Positions 20,888-31,125 of a stretch of DNA of 64,000 nt are shown piece after piece. The position numbers and the translations under genes are program-made. How positions within the stretch are numbered: position 1 is the stretch's first letter; each line of letters begins with the position of its first letter. This stretch comes from an uncultured Pelagibacteraceae bacterium. GTDB taxonomy: Bacteria; Pseudomonadota; Alphaproteobacteria; Pelagibacterales; Pelagibacteraceae. The stretch covers positions 2,050 to 66,049 of the forward strand of contig CACEEJ010000003.1 of the NCBI GenBank assembly GCA_902558545.1, written 5' to 3'. The notes below the pieces were generated by a model. The model was given only the letters and a program-made list of their open reading frames with translations, had not been told where the DNA came from and made no database searches.

Positions 20888-21989
20888 CATTAATCAACAG
20901 GATCTTCAGCAAGCATTAAATTATTGCCAAGGAGTTATTGAAAAAAGAAGCACATTACCAATACTTTCTAATATTTTGTTAGATGCAAGCAATTCAAAAC
21001 TTACTATCACTGCGACTGATCTAGATTTAATATTTATACATCAATTAAATAATGTAGAAATTCTAGAGGAGGGCAAAACAACCACAACTTCCTCAATAAT
21101 GTATGATATTATAAGAAAGTTTAACTCAGGAAAAAAAATAAATCTTTCTCTAACAGATATAAGTAAATTACAAGTAGAGTCTGAAAAATCTATTTTTAAT
21201 TTGAATTGCATAAGTGCAACAGAGTTTCCACTGACAGACGAAAATTTTAATCAAAATGAATTTATAATTAAATCAAAACAATTATTGAAATTATTAAATA
21301 AGTGTAAATTTTCAGTCTCTAATGACGAAACAAGGCATTACCTAAGTGGAATTTATTTTCATCAAACAGAAGTTGAAGATAAAAATTATTTAACAGCAGT
21401 TGCAACTGATAGTCATAGAATGTCTATTTCAAAAATTCGATTAGAGGAAAAAATTGATTTTGATCCAATAATTTTACCTAAAAAAACAATTTTTCAACTT
21501 TGCTCTTTATTAGATAGCTATGATGGAGATGTGAAAGTTTCAAATGTGAAATCAAAAATAAAATTTGAATTAAATAATAGTATTTTAATTTCGAAACTTA
21601 TTGATGGGAAATTTCCTAATTACATTCAAGTTATACCTAAAAATAATCAAAAAAAATTAGAAATAGACTTAAAATTATTTTTAAATTCAGTTGATAGAGT
21701 AGCATCTGTTTCATTAGATAAAAAAGATGGTGTGAAATTCAATTTATCTAAAGACACTTTAGATCTGTCAGTAAATAATACTAACAGTGGTGATGGTAAA
21801 GAAACTTTAACCGTTAAGTTTGATCATGATTTAGAGATAAGTTTTAACTCTAGATATTTGATAGATGTTGCTTCACAATTAGATGGAGATATAGTTGAAA
21901 TTTTCCTTAATGATACTGGTTCACCAGCACTGATAAAAGATCCGGGTGATTTCGATAGTATTTTTGTTGTTATGCCTATGAAGGGCTAA
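20877..21989 (+). CDS. dnaN: DNA polymerase III beta clamp
   Basis: TLPILSN, ATDLD, ATDSHR, LIDGKFP, C-terminal VVMPM. Confidence 0.97.
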   Translation: MKFNINQQDLQQALNYCQGVIEKRSTLPILSNILLDASNSKLTITATDLDLIFIHQLNNVEILEEGKTTTTSSIMYDIIRKFNSGKKINLSLTDISKLQVESEKSIFNLNCISATEFPLTDENFNQNEFIIKSKQLLKLLNKCKFSVSNDETRHYLSGIYFHQTEVEDKNYLTAVATDSHRMSISKIRLEEKIDFDPIILPKKTIFQLCSLLDSYDGDVKVSNVKSKIKFELNNSILISKLIDGKFPNYIQVIPKNNQKKLEIDLKLFLNSVDRVASVSLDKKDGVKFNLSKDTLDLSVNNTNSGDGKETLTVKFDHDLEISFNSRYLIDVASQLDGDIVEIFLNDTGSPALIKDPGDFDSIFVVMPMKG

Positions 21990-22687
21990 TTAATTAAATC
22001 TAACTCTGAATAAATATTTTTTTCAAGAATTTGAATAAAATTTTCCTTTGTTAACCCAGAAGGAATTGGTTTTAGAATAGAGATTGTAATTGTTTTATTA
22101 GATTTCTTTTTACCTTTTTTAGGCCACACATATCCAGAGTTAATTGCAACTGGCTGACAAGCAACATTTAGCTGTTCATAAATTCTCGAAGCACCTTTTT
22201 TAAAAGGTGGTCTTTCATCTGGAAGAACTCTAGTTCCTTGAGGAAAAATAATTAAAGGTCTATTAGAAATAGCCATCATTTTTGAAATATCATCGAAAAA
22301 ACCCAAGTTATCTTTTGTAACTTTGTTTCTTTTTATTGAAATTGATCCTATTTTTTTTAAGTACCAACCAAATATTGGAATTAACAATAATTCTTTTTTT
22401 AGAATAAATACAGGTGAGTTAAAGATAGTTTGTAAATAAAAAGTTTCAAACATTGATTGATGAGATGCTGCTATAAAAAATTTTTCATTATTAATAATAT
22501 TTTCTTTTCCTTTGATTGAAATTTTTACTGACAGAACAAACCTTAAACAAAAACTGGCCCAATGGCCCATTAATTTACCTCCCATCAAAACTACCTGTTT
22601 AGGTAAAAAAAATGATGGTAAAAAAATTATTGAAATAAAAATGATTCCAGTGAAAAACAATATTGAAAATAAAAAGTTTCTTATCAT
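21986..22687 (-). CDS. plsC: 1-acyl-sn-glycerol-3-phosphate acyltransferase
   Basis: HQSMFET, KKEL-IPIFGW, IFPQGTR, FKKG. Confidence 0.88.
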   Translation of the reverse strand: MIRNFLFSILFFTGIIFISIIFLPSFFLPKQVVLMGGKLMGHWASFCLRFVLSVKISIKGKENIINNEKFFIAASHQSMFETFYLQTIFNSPVFILKKELLLIPIFGWYLKKIGSISIKRNKVTKDNLGFFDDISKMMAISNRPLIIFPQGTRVLPDERPPFKKGASRIYEQLNVACQPVAINSGYVWPKKGKKKSNKTITISILKPIPSGLTKENFIQILEKNIYSELDLIN

Positions 22688-22699
22688 TTTTGTCAAAAG

Positions 22700-23914
22700 C
22701 TAAATTATATCTTTATGCTTTTGTCTTTTTCTTATTACTTTAATTTTTGATCCTTTTATTAATAATTCTATTGGTTTAGGTCTTAAATTATAATTTGAGC
22801 TAAGTGACATTCCATAAGCACCCACATCACATATTGCTATTAAATCTTTTTCATTCAAAACTTGAAATTTTTTTAATGTAACAAATTTATCTGTACTTTC
22901 ACAAATAGGACCTACAAATTCATATGGTTTTTTAGATGTTTTGTTAGATTTTGTAACAGGTAAAGTTTTATGAAATGCACCATACAAAGCAGGTCTCATT
23001 AAATCATTCATTGCGGCATCTAAAATTATAAATTTTTTACTTCCGCTATCTTTAATATAGATTATTTTTGACACTAATGTCCCGGTATCACCAATAATTG
23101 ATCTACCTGGCTCAAATATAATTTTAACTTTATGTTTTCTTAAAAATTTGAGAATAGCTGTGTTATATTTTTTATAATTAAGTTTTTTATTTTTATCAGT
23201 GTAAGTAATACCCATACCTCCACCTAAATCTATAAATTCAAATTTATGATTTGTTTTACTTAGAATTTGACTGACCGCTTTAAGCATTTTTTCATAAGGT
23301 CTATGGTCTAAAATTTGACTGCCTATATGAACGCTTAGACATTTTAAATCAATATTTTTTGAATTTTTGCAATAATTTATAATTTCATAGAATGTATTTT
23401 TATTTACACCAAATTTATTTTCTTTTTTCCCAGTGGATATTTGACTTAATGTTTTTGCATCTGTATTGGGGTTTAGTCTTACGCCAATTTTTATTCTTTT
23501 ATTTTTTGATTTTGCTATTCGATTTATTTCTTTTATTTCACTTAAAGACTCAGCGTTAAGAAGCAAAATTTTTTTATCAATAGCAAAGCTGATTTCACTT
23601 GTTGTTTTACCAACACCAGAAAATACTATTTTGCTTGGATTAATTCCTGCTTTTAGTGCCATCATCAGTTCTCCTACCGAAACAACATCAGCACCTAATC
23701 CAAATTTTTTAATTTCTCTAATTATATTAATATTTGTGTTGGATTTAACCGCAAAGCAGATAAGTGGTGAAAAAGATCTGAAGTTTTTTTTAAAATTATT
23801 AATATTTTCTTTTAATTTAGAATAGGAGTAAGAATAAAATGGAGTTCCAAATTTATTTGCAATTTTTTGGAGATTAATTTTTTCTATTGTTAGTGTTTTA
23901 TTTATGTATTTCAT
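22700..23914 (-). CDS. lysA: Diaminopimelate decarboxylase
   Basis: FAVKSN, HIGSQI, DLGGG, EPGR, GPICES, GAYG. Confidence 0.96.
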   Translation of the reverse strand: MKYINKTLTIEKINLQKIANKFGTPFYSYSYSKLKENINNFKKNFRSFSPLICFAVKSNTNINIIREIKKFGLGADVVSVGELMMALKAGINPSKIVFSGVGKTTSEISFAIDKKILLLNAESLSEIKEINRIAKSKNKRIKIGVRLNPNTDAKTLSQISTGKKENKFGVNKNTFYEIINYCKNSKNIDLKCLSVHIGSQILDHRPYEKMLKAVSQILSKTNHKFEFIDLGGGMGITYTDKNKKLNYKKYNTAILKFLRKHKVKIIFEPGRSIIGDTGTLVSKIIYIKDSGSKKFIILDAAMNDLMRPALYGAFHKTLPVTKSNKTSKKPYEFVGPICESTDKFVTLKKFQVLNEKDLIAICDVGAYGMSLSSNYNLRPKPIELLIKGSKIKVIRKRQKHKDII

Positions 23915-24045
23915 TAAGCTAAGTTAACTGAAACTTTTTTTATTTCTGCTTTTTTATCTGGGTCTACGTATTTAGGATCACCTTTTTTTCCACAAGAAAT
24001 AACGGCACAAAATAACAATATAATTATGGTAAAATTTTTAATCAT
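23914..24045 (-). CDS. 43-aa small lipoprotein (LppL/LptM-like), not in the ORF track
   Basis: MIKNFTIIILLFCAVISCGKKGDPKYVDPDKKAEIKKVSVNLA; lipobox plus CGxKG; overlaps the argH stop and the lysA start. Confidence 0.85.
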   Translation of the reverse strand: MIKNFTIIILLFCAVISCGKKGDPKYVDPDKKAEIKKVSVNLA

Positions 24046-25433
24046 TTTTCTCTTTTATATTTCATTATCATTTTTTTAATATTATCAAAAGAAGTTCCAC
24101 CATAAGATTTTTTCGAATTAATTGAATTTTTTAAATTAAATACTTTTAATACATCTTCTTTAAGTTTGGGTTCAATTTTCTTTAACTCATCTAAAGTTAA
24201 TTCATTTAACTTCTTTTTTCTTTTTTCAGCCAAATTAACTACGGCAGCAGTTTTTTGGTATGCTTTTCTAAAAGACATTGAGTGATTTTTCACAAGATAG
24301 TCAGCTAAATCAGTTGCTGTAATGTATCCAAAATTAGCAAGTTCTAACATTTTACTCTTATTTGGATTACAATTTTTTAATATTTCATCAAAAATTTTTA
24401 AACAATTATTTAAATTGTCATTAGATTTGAAAACAATCTCTTTATCATCTTGTAAATCTTTAAAATAAGATAATGGCAAGCCTTTTAAAATTGTTAGCAT
24501 CGATAACAAATTTCCATAAGCGCTTCCTGATTTTCCACGCAAGTACTCAAGAAGATCAGGATTCTTTTTTTGTGGCATTATTGATGATCCAGTAACAACT
24601 TTATCAGATAAATTGATCAAGTTAAAACCATCAGAATTCCAAATAATTAAATCTTCAGCGATTCTAGAAATATGCATAGCACACACAGATGAGGCGTATA
24701 AAAAATCCAATACAAAATCTCTATCCGAAACTGTATCAATAGAATTATTTGTGGGTACTTTAAAACCAAGTTTTCTAGTTGTATAATTTCTATCAATATT
24801 AAATGATGTTCCTGCTAATGCCGCTACACCCAACGGATTTTCATTTAAACTGTTTAAATTATTTGAAAATCTTTTTTTATCTCTATTAAACATTTCTACA
24901 TAAGACATTAAATAATGTGCAAAAGAGATAGCTTGGGCATTTTTAAGATGTGTAAATCCAGGCATAATAGTCTCAACATTTTTTTCAGCTAATTTGATTG
25001 TGCTCTTAATAACTTTATTAATATTATTATTTATTTCGTTAGTTGAATTTTTCATCCAAATTTTAAAATCAGTAATTACTTGATCATTTCTTGATCTTCC
25101 AGTGTGAACATAGCCAGCTTCTTCACCTATAATTTGAAAAAGTCTCTTTTCTATATTGATATGAATATCTTCATATTTTTTGTTAAACTCAAATTTATTG
25201 TTTGTGATTTCCTTATCAATTTTTGCTAGCCCATAAACAATTTTATTTTTTATTTTAAATGAAATTATTTTTTGTTTAAAAAGCATTTCAACATGAGCAA
25301 TTGATCCCTGAATGTCTTCTTTATAAAGTCTTTTATCAATATCTATTGAATTACCAACTTTTTGAAACAAACTTGACACATTTTTTTTTATCCTTGTGTT
25401 CCAGATTGCTTGGTTGTTTTTATTTTTTGCCAT
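24042..25433 (-). CDS. argH: Argininosuccinate lyase
   Basis: HTGRSRNDQ, MPGFTHL, GSSIMPQKKNPD. Confidence 0.97.
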   Translation of the reverse strand: MAKNKNNQAIWNTRIKKNVSSLFQKVGNSIDIDKRLYKEDIQGSIAHVEMLFKQKIISFKIKNKIVYGLAKIDKEITNNKFEFNKKYEDIHINIEKRLFQIIGEEAGYVHTGRSRNDQVITDFKIWMKNSTNEINNNINKVIKSTIKLAEKNVETIMPGFTHLKNAQAISFAHYLMSYVEMFNRDKKRFSNNLNSLNENPLGVAALAGTSFNIDRNYTTRKLGFKVPTNNSIDTVSDRDFVLDFLYASSVCAMHISRIAEDLIIWNSDGFNLINLSDKVVTGSSIMPQKKNPDLLEYLRGKSGSAYGNLLSMLTILKGLPLSYFKDLQDDKEIVFKSNDNLNNCLKIFDEILKNCNPNKSKMLELANFGYITATDLADYLVKNHSMSFRKAYQKTAAVVNLAEKRKKKLNELTLDELKKIEPKLKEDVLKVFNLKNSINSKKSYGGTSFDNIKKMIMKYKREK

Positions 25434-25457
25434 GATATTTAATTATACCTATTTAAC

Positions 25458-25967
25458 ATGAGATTTTTAATAATATTTATTTTTTTGATAACAAATGTTG
25501 TAGCTGAAGATCTACCTGAAATTAAAAATATTGTTATCCATAAAGCACTAAAAACATATGATAATGTTATTTTTTTAGACAAAAAAGATCAAAAAATTAA
25601 TATCAATGATTATAGAGGCAATTTATTGGTATTAAACTTTTGGGCAACTTGGTGTGAACCTTGTAAAGAAGAAATGCCATCGTTAGACAAACTTCAAGCT
25701 AATCCAGAATTGGATAAAATTAAAATTTTTGCAATCAATATTGGTAAAGAAAATTCAGACAAAGTTAATAAATTTTTTAAAGATTTTAATATCAAAAATT
25801 TCGAACCTTATTTCGATCCACCTACTACATTAGCAAAAATGTTTTCTTTAAGAGGTGTCCCTACATCAATTTTAATTAATAAAGAGGGCCAAGAATTTGC
25901 TAGGATAATTGGTTCAATTGATTTTGAGGATAAAAATTTTGTTAATTGGATAAAAAAATATAACTAA
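25458..25967 (+). CDS. TlpA-family thiol:disulfide oxidoreductase
   Basis: LNFWATWCEPCKEEMPSL; N-terminal signal/anchor; divergent from argH. Confidence 0.9.
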   Translation: MRFLIIFIFLITNVVAEDLPEIKNIVIHKALKTYDNVIFLDKKDQKININDYRGNLLVLNFWATWCEPCKEEMPSLDKLQANPELDKIKIFAINIGKENSDKVNKFFKDFNIKNFEPYFDPPTTLAKMFSLRGVPTSILINKEGQEFARIIGSIDFEDKNFVNWIKKYN

Positions 25968-26167
25968 TTTTTAAAAAAATAAGCGAAGCCAACTAAAGCA
26001 ATAATAGCAATAAATTGTAAAATAACTCTTAACTGCATTAATTTATTTGAATATTTCTTACTTGTCTCTCCTCCCTTAAAAAGAGTCCCTATACCTAAGA
26101 TTAAAACTACTCCAACAGCTATCAAAAGAGCAATTGATAAAACTTTTACTAATATTCCTGAAATCAT
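25964..26167 (-). CDS. Twin transmembrane helix small protein (HIG1-like)
   Basis: Two hydrophobic helices flanking SNKLMQLRVILQF; ATG 26167. Confidence 0.8.
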   Translation of the reverse strand: MISGILVKVLSIALLIAVGVVLILGIGTLFKGGETSKKYSNKLMQLRVILQFIAIIALVGFAYFFKN

Positions 26168-26216
26168 TTTTTTATTATAGATTGTGTTTTGACATAAAAA
26201 ACATAATTTATCTACT

Positions 26217-26867
26217 ATGACATTTTGCCTAGATTCAATAATTATTAAACCAGAAAATGGTGTTGAAATCAAAAATGCAGTTATTTTACTTCATGGTTAT
26301 GGAGGTGATGGAAAAGATATAAGCATGCTATCTTTAAACTGGAAGAGACATATGCCTAATACAATCTTTATTTGTCCTAATGGTCACGAACCATGCGCTA
26401 TAAATCCATCTGGTTATCAGTGGTTTGATTTAACTAAAGAGGACTCTGATTACATATTAGAGCAATCAATTAAAGCTGAAGAGGTTTTAAAAAAATTTAT
26501 TAATGAAATAAAAAAAGAGTTTAAGTTATCAAATAATCAAATCTGTTTATCAGGATTCAGTCAGGGCTGCATGATGTCTTTAAATGTTGGCCTTACATCT
26601 GAAGAAAAATTTTTATGTATAGTTGGTTTTTCTGGAAAAATAATTAATCAAAAAGATTTGAAAAACAGAATCAAAAATAATACTGAAACATTACTTATAC
26701 ATGGTGAAGCAGATCAAATTGTCTCATCAACACATTTACTAGAAGCAAAGGATTTTTTAATTAGAAATAATGTTAAAGTTGATACATTATTAATAAAAAA
26801 TTGTGATCATCATATTCCTATTGAAGCATCAAGTACAGCTTTAAATTTTATCTTAAAAAAAATTTAA
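26217..26867 (+). CDS. Phospholipase/carboxylesterase
   Basis: LLHGYG, YQWF, GFSQG nucleophile motif, HGEAD, H triad. Confidence 0.9.
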   Translation: MTFCLDSIIIKPENGVEIKNAVILLHGYGGDGKDISMLSLNWKRHMPNTIFICPNGHEPCAINPSGYQWFDLTKEDSDYILEQSIKAEEVLKKFINEIKKEFKLSNNQICLSGFSQGCMMSLNVGLTSEEKFLCIVGFSGKIINQKDLKNRIKNNTETLLIHGEADQIVSSTHLLEAKDFLIRNNVKVDTLLIKNCDHHIPIEASSTALNFILKKI

Positions 26868-26915
26868 CATCTCTTATTATTGATAAATTTGTTTAACTAA
26901 GTTAAAATTATATCA

Positions 26916-27485
26916 ATGAATAACTTTATTGAACAAAATGTTTCATTAGAAAAGTGTCCAGCATTAGTACTTAACGCTGACTACAGACCTTTGAGTTATT
27001 ACCCTTTATCTTTATGGTCATGGCAGGATACAGTTAAATCAGTTTTTCTTGATCGAGTTATTATTGTCAGTAATTATGATAGAACTATAAGAAGTCCATC
27101 TTTTAATATGAAATTACCAAGTGTCATTGCATTAAAAGATTATATTGTTCCTCAAAGCAAGCCAAGTTTTACTAGATTTAACGTGTTTCTAAGAGATAAA
27201 TTTTCATGTCAATATTGTGGAAGCAATGAGGAGTTAACTTTTGATCATTTATTGCCTAGATCAAAAGGGGGTGAAACTAATTGGAATAATGTTGTAACAG
27301 CTTGTTCTGCATGCAATGTAAAAAAGGGAGGAAAATTATTAAAACATTCGGGTATGAAATTATATCAGCACCCTTATCGACCATCTACAGAGGATCTACA
27401 CAAAAATGGTAAACATTTTCCACCAAATTTCTTACATAAAAGCTGGATGGATTATCTATATTGGGATGTAGAGTTAGAGGCTTAA
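26916..27485 (+). CDS. HNH endonuclease (conserved alphaproteobacterial type)
   Basis: [42 protein letters not shown]. Confidence 0.9.
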   Translation: [189 protein letters not shown]

Positions 27486-28015
27486 ATTTTCTCAGAAATA
27501 TTTATTGCAATTTTTGATCCAGTTTTAATAATTTTATCTAATATCAAGTATGGGCCTTCTTTTGTTGCACCCTTTTCATAAGCAATATCTTTATGATTTA
27601 ATTCATCTTCTCTAAATTTTATTATTTTTTTTTTAAGTTTTGGTTCACTTTTATCAAGTTGTTTTATTTGGTTTAAATAATGTTCATCTATCACCTCTTC
27701 AACAGAAGCAGTGCAAAGCATAGCTGCTTTCTTTCCAAGCAAAGTTGAACCAAACCCTAATCCTACACCTAATAAATCCCATAAAGGTAAAAATTTTGTC
27801 GGTTTTATATTTCTTTTTTTAATTTCTTCTTCAAAAAAATCAGAATGTTCTTTTTCATGAACTTTCATTTCTTCAATTACTTTTTTTAAAGCTTCATCTT
27901 TAACTAATGTGTTTAAAGCAAGCAACTGTCCTTCATAAATTTTAACAGCACCACGCTCCCCAGCATGATCAACTCTAATAAATTCTTCTATTTTCTTTTT
28001 ATTTATTGTTGTCAT
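27482..28015 (-). CDS. coq7: Demethoxyubiquinone hydroxylase (Coq7 family)
   Basis: IRVDHAGERGA-IYEGQ, EKEH, VEEVIDEHY, DELNH. Confidence 0.9.
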   Translation of the reverse strand: MTTINKKKIEEFIRVDHAGERGAVKIYEGQLLALNTLVKDEALKKVIEEMKVHEKEHSDFFEEEIKKRNIKPTKFLPLWDLLGVGLGFGSTLLGKKAAMLCTASVEEVIDEHYLNQIKQLDKSEPKLKKKIIKFREDELNHKDIAYEKGATKEGPYLILDKIIKTGSKIAINISEKI

Positions 28016-28484
28016 AACTTAAATAAGTTTTTGTTGTAAAATATACTATTAATATTGATATTATAATATTGTAACTTGTAAGAGATAATCCTAACATTTT
28101 AAATGTAACATCTTTGCAGCTTACATTTTTTTCTTGTAACTGTCTTAATATGTCTTCTTTTGATAGTAAATTGGAGCCATTTTTTAAATCGCAAACCAAT
28201 GATTCTTTAATAAAACCTTGCTCAATACCCAAATGATATAAAGATAAAATAGTAGCAGCTAAAAAAATTAAAATAAGAGAAAGAATGAAATATTTTTCAA
28301 GATTTATAAATTTATAATTTAATATAATAATTATTAATGCTAATAGGTAAGGAATTCTTTCAAGTATGCACAAGTTGCAAGGTTGATGACCTAGAATATA
28401 TTCAATAAAAAATGCTGAAGCTAAAGCAATAATGCTAATTAAAAAAATTAACTTTAATGTTATTGTTTTGCTTATCTCAACCAT
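27999..28484 (-). CDS. Disulfide bond formation protein B family
   Basis: PCNLCILER, transmembrane helices, second Cys pair. Confidence 0.85.
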   Translation of the reverse strand: MVEISKTITLKLIFLISIIALASAFFIEYILGHQPCNLCILERIPYLLALIIIILNYKFINLEKYFILSLILIFLAATILSLYHLGIEQGFIKESLVCDLKNGSNLLSKEDILRQLQEKNVSCKDVTFKMLGLSLTSYNIIISILIVYFTTKTYLSYDNNK

Positions 28485-29082
28485 TAAATTTAAAAAATAA
28501 ATAAATAATAATAAATATTATAACTATAATAATTCCAATTATGGTGAACCATTTTGATCCATGTTTTTCCATGAATTCTGTAAATAACTCCCCAAATTTA
28601 TAAGACAAATAAGCAACTATAAAAAATCTCAGGCTTCTTGAAATTAAGCTAACAATTATAAAAATAGGAAGATTAAAAGCAATTAAACCACTTGAAATCG
28701 TAAAGGCTTTATAGGGTAATGGTGTAAAGCCCGCTAAAAAAAGAATACTCAGCCATGCAAGGAATCCACTCCCTTGAGACATGCTTAATTTTAAATTTTC
28801 AACTTTATCTTGATAACCATAAAATTCGATTAAATACATTGCTAAATCAAAAAATAAATAACCTATCAAATATCCAAAAATCCCTCCAAGAACTGAAAAT
28901 ATTGATGCTATTAAAAATATTTTCAAATATTCCTTTTTTTTAGCAATTACCATTGGAATTATCATTGCATCTGGAGGTATAGGGAAAAAAGAACTTTCAA
29001 TAAAAGATACAAGCCCTAAATAAAAATTCGAACTTTTATGCGCAGCTAATTCTAAACATTTTTTGTAAAGTGTTTGAAACAT
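28477..29082 (-). CDS. YqaA/DedA (SNARE-associated) membrane protein
   Basis: SFIESSFFPIPPD, GFTPLPYK, SRSLRF. Confidence 0.88.
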   Translation of the reverse strand: MFQTLYKKCLELAAHKSSNFYLGLVSFIESSFFPIPPDAMIIPMVIAKKKEYLKIFLIASIFSVLGGIFGYLIGYLFFDLAMYLIEFYGYQDKVENLKLSMSQGSGFLAWLSILFLAGFTPLPYKAFTISSGLIAFNLPIFIIVSLISRSLRFFIVAYLSYKFGELFTEFMEKHGSKWFTIIGIIIVIIFIIIYLFFKFNG

Positions 29083-29143
29083 TTTTTGGTTTTAATATAA
29101 ATTTAGTTCTTATACTATTAAATATAATTTAATTGAATACCAA

Positions 29144-29228
29144 GGGCGAATGGCGGAACTGGTAGACGCGCACGACTCAAAATCGTGTTTCGCAAGAAGT
29201 GAGAGTTCGATTCTCTCTTCGCCCACCA
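29144..29228 (+). tRNA. tRNA-Leu(CAA)
   Basis: Acceptor GGGCGAA/TTCGCCC-A-CCA, anticodon arm CACGA-CTCAAAA-TCGTG, long variable arm, GTTCGATTC. Confidence 0.96.
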
Positions 29229-29235
29229 AGAAACT

Positions 29236-30966
29236 ATGAATTTAGATAATTTAAATAATTTGATAGAATTATTTGCTAATCAAGCAAATAAACAAAATAA
29301 AAGAGATATTTTTTTAGAATGGCTAAACCCAAGTAATAAAAAAACATACACATGGGAACAAACTGAAAAGAATATTTTAAAATTATCAAAAGTTATCAAA
29401 GAAAATATAGAAGAAGGCGATAGATGTCTTTTAGTTTCGGAGAATAGACCTGAGTGGTTCGTTTCTGATTTAGCTATAATGCTAGCTGGTGGAATTACAG
29501 TTCCAGCATATACAACTTATATAGAAGATGATTATAAGTATTTGATAGAAGATTGTGAACCCAGCTTAATTATTGTTTCAAATAATGAAATGTTAAAAAA
29601 ATTAAATAATATAATTAATGAAAAAGACTTTATTAAAAAAGTTATAACTATGGATGAAATAGCTAAGGTAACAAATAATTTAAGTTTAAATAACAAAGAA
29701 AAATATTTAGATTATAATTCTGTTTTAAAGAATAATTTATTAGAGGAAGATAAAATCGAAAATAATAAATTAAATAGAAAGTCTCCAGCATGTATAATTT
29801 ATACTTCAGGAACTGGAGGAAATCCCAAGGGTGTAATTTTAAGTCACGGTGGAATTTTAAATAATGTTGTTGGATCGTGTGAAATTACAAAACCATTATT
29901 TAATTCAAGACCAGTATTTTTAACTTGGCTTCCGCTTTCTCATTCTTATGAGCACTGTCTTCAATTTGTACAGATAGCAGTAGGAGCTAGAGTATTCTAT
30001 GCTGAAAAAATTGAAAAACTTCTAGAAAATATATCTGAAGCAAAGCCTACAATTATGGCAGCTGTCCCTAGGTTCTACCAAAACCTATACAATAAGATAA
30101 ACATGAATTTAAAAAAACAGACAGGTTTAAAAGCAAAATTAATTGATGCAACAATTCGTTTGGGAAGAAAAAAACTATTAAATCAAAAAATGACTTTTTC
30201 TGAAAAATTACTTAATTTCGTAGTTGATAGATTAGTGAGAAAAAAAATTAAAAAACAGTTCGGTGGGAATTTGAAAGCCTTCGTTTCAGGTGGTGGTGCT
30301 TTAGATAAAGAAATAGGTGAATTTTTAAATGCTATAGGATTACCGACACTTCAGGGATACGGTTTAACAGAAACATCACCAGTAGTAAGTTGCAATCCAA
30401 TACATAAAATTAAAGTGGAAACTGTAGGACCTCCATTTAAAGGAAATGAAGTTAAAATTGCTGAAGATGGAGAAATTTTAGTTAAAGGCGAAAATGTAAT
30501 GCTAGGATATTGGAACAAAAAAGAAGAGACTGACAAAGTAATTATAAATGGATGGCTTCATACAGGTGATATTGGAGAGATAGATCCAAATGATGGTTAT
30601 TTAAAAATTACCGATAGAAAAAAAGATATAATAGTAAGTGCTGGCGGAGATAACATTTCACCTGCTAAAATCGAAAATATGATTACAAATGAGCCAGAGA
30701 TAGATCAATGTATGGTTTATGGTGATAAAAAAAATTACTTAGTTGCTTTAGTTGTACCAAATAAAGATTTTTTAAATGAAAAAGAAAAAATAAATAAAGT
30801 AATTGAAAAAATAAATATAAAATTAACTTTAGTGGAAAAGATAAAAAGAATTCAATTAATAGATGAAAATTTTTCTATAGAAAATGGTTTAATGACACCA
30901 ACAATGAAAGTAAAAAGAAAAAAAGTTACTGAAAAATATAAAAATCAGCTAGAAAACCTTTATTAA
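29236..30966 (+). CDS. Long-chain fatty acid-CoA ligase (AMP-binding)
   Basis: IIYTSGTGGNPKG, GYGLTET, WLHTGDIG, DRKKD, TPTMK. Confidence 0.92.
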   Translation: MNLDNLNNLIELFANQANKQNKRDIFLEWLNPSNKKTYTWEQTEKNILKLSKVIKENIEEGDRCLLVSENRPEWFVSDLAIMLAGGITVPAYTTYIEDDYKYLIEDCEPSLIIVSNNEMLKKLNNIINEKDFIKKVITMDEIAKVTNNLSLNNKEKYLDYNSVLKNNLLEEDKIENNKLNRKSPACIIYTSGTGGNPKGVILSHGGILNNVVGSCEITKPLFNSRPVFLTWLPLSHSYEHCLQFVQIAVGARVFYAEKIEKLLENISEAKPTIMAAVPRFYQNLYNKINMNLKKQTGLKAKLIDATIRLGRKKLLNQKMTFSEKLLNFVVDRLVRKKIKKQFGGNLKAFVSGGGALDKEIGEFLNAIGLPTLQGYGLTETSPVVSCNPIHKIKVETVGPPFKGNEVKIAEDGEILVKGENVMLGYWNKKEETDKVIINGWLHTGDIGEIDPNDGYLKITDRKKDIIVSAGGDNISPAKIENMITNEPEIDQCMVYGDKKNYLVALVVPNKDFLNEKEKINKVIEKINIKLTLVEKIKRIQLIDENFSIENGLMTPTMKVKRKKVTEKYKNQLENLY

Positions 30967-31125
30967 AATATTTAATTTAAGTTGTTTATTAACCGCATAA
31001 ACATTAACTAAATTAATAAAAAAAAGTTTTATAAAAATAAAAAGTTAAAAAAAATTTTTATAAAATTTAACTTTTAATTAAAGAATTGACATAACTTATA
31101 GAAAAAAATAAAAATATGTTAACAG

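Noticed and set aside
26916-27485. HNH nuclease as a defence system, homing endonuclease or Cas9/IscB relative
   Set aside because: Small stand-alone HNH beside an esterase in a usual alphaproteobacterial context; no RuvC motifs, methylase, array, intron or flanking repeats
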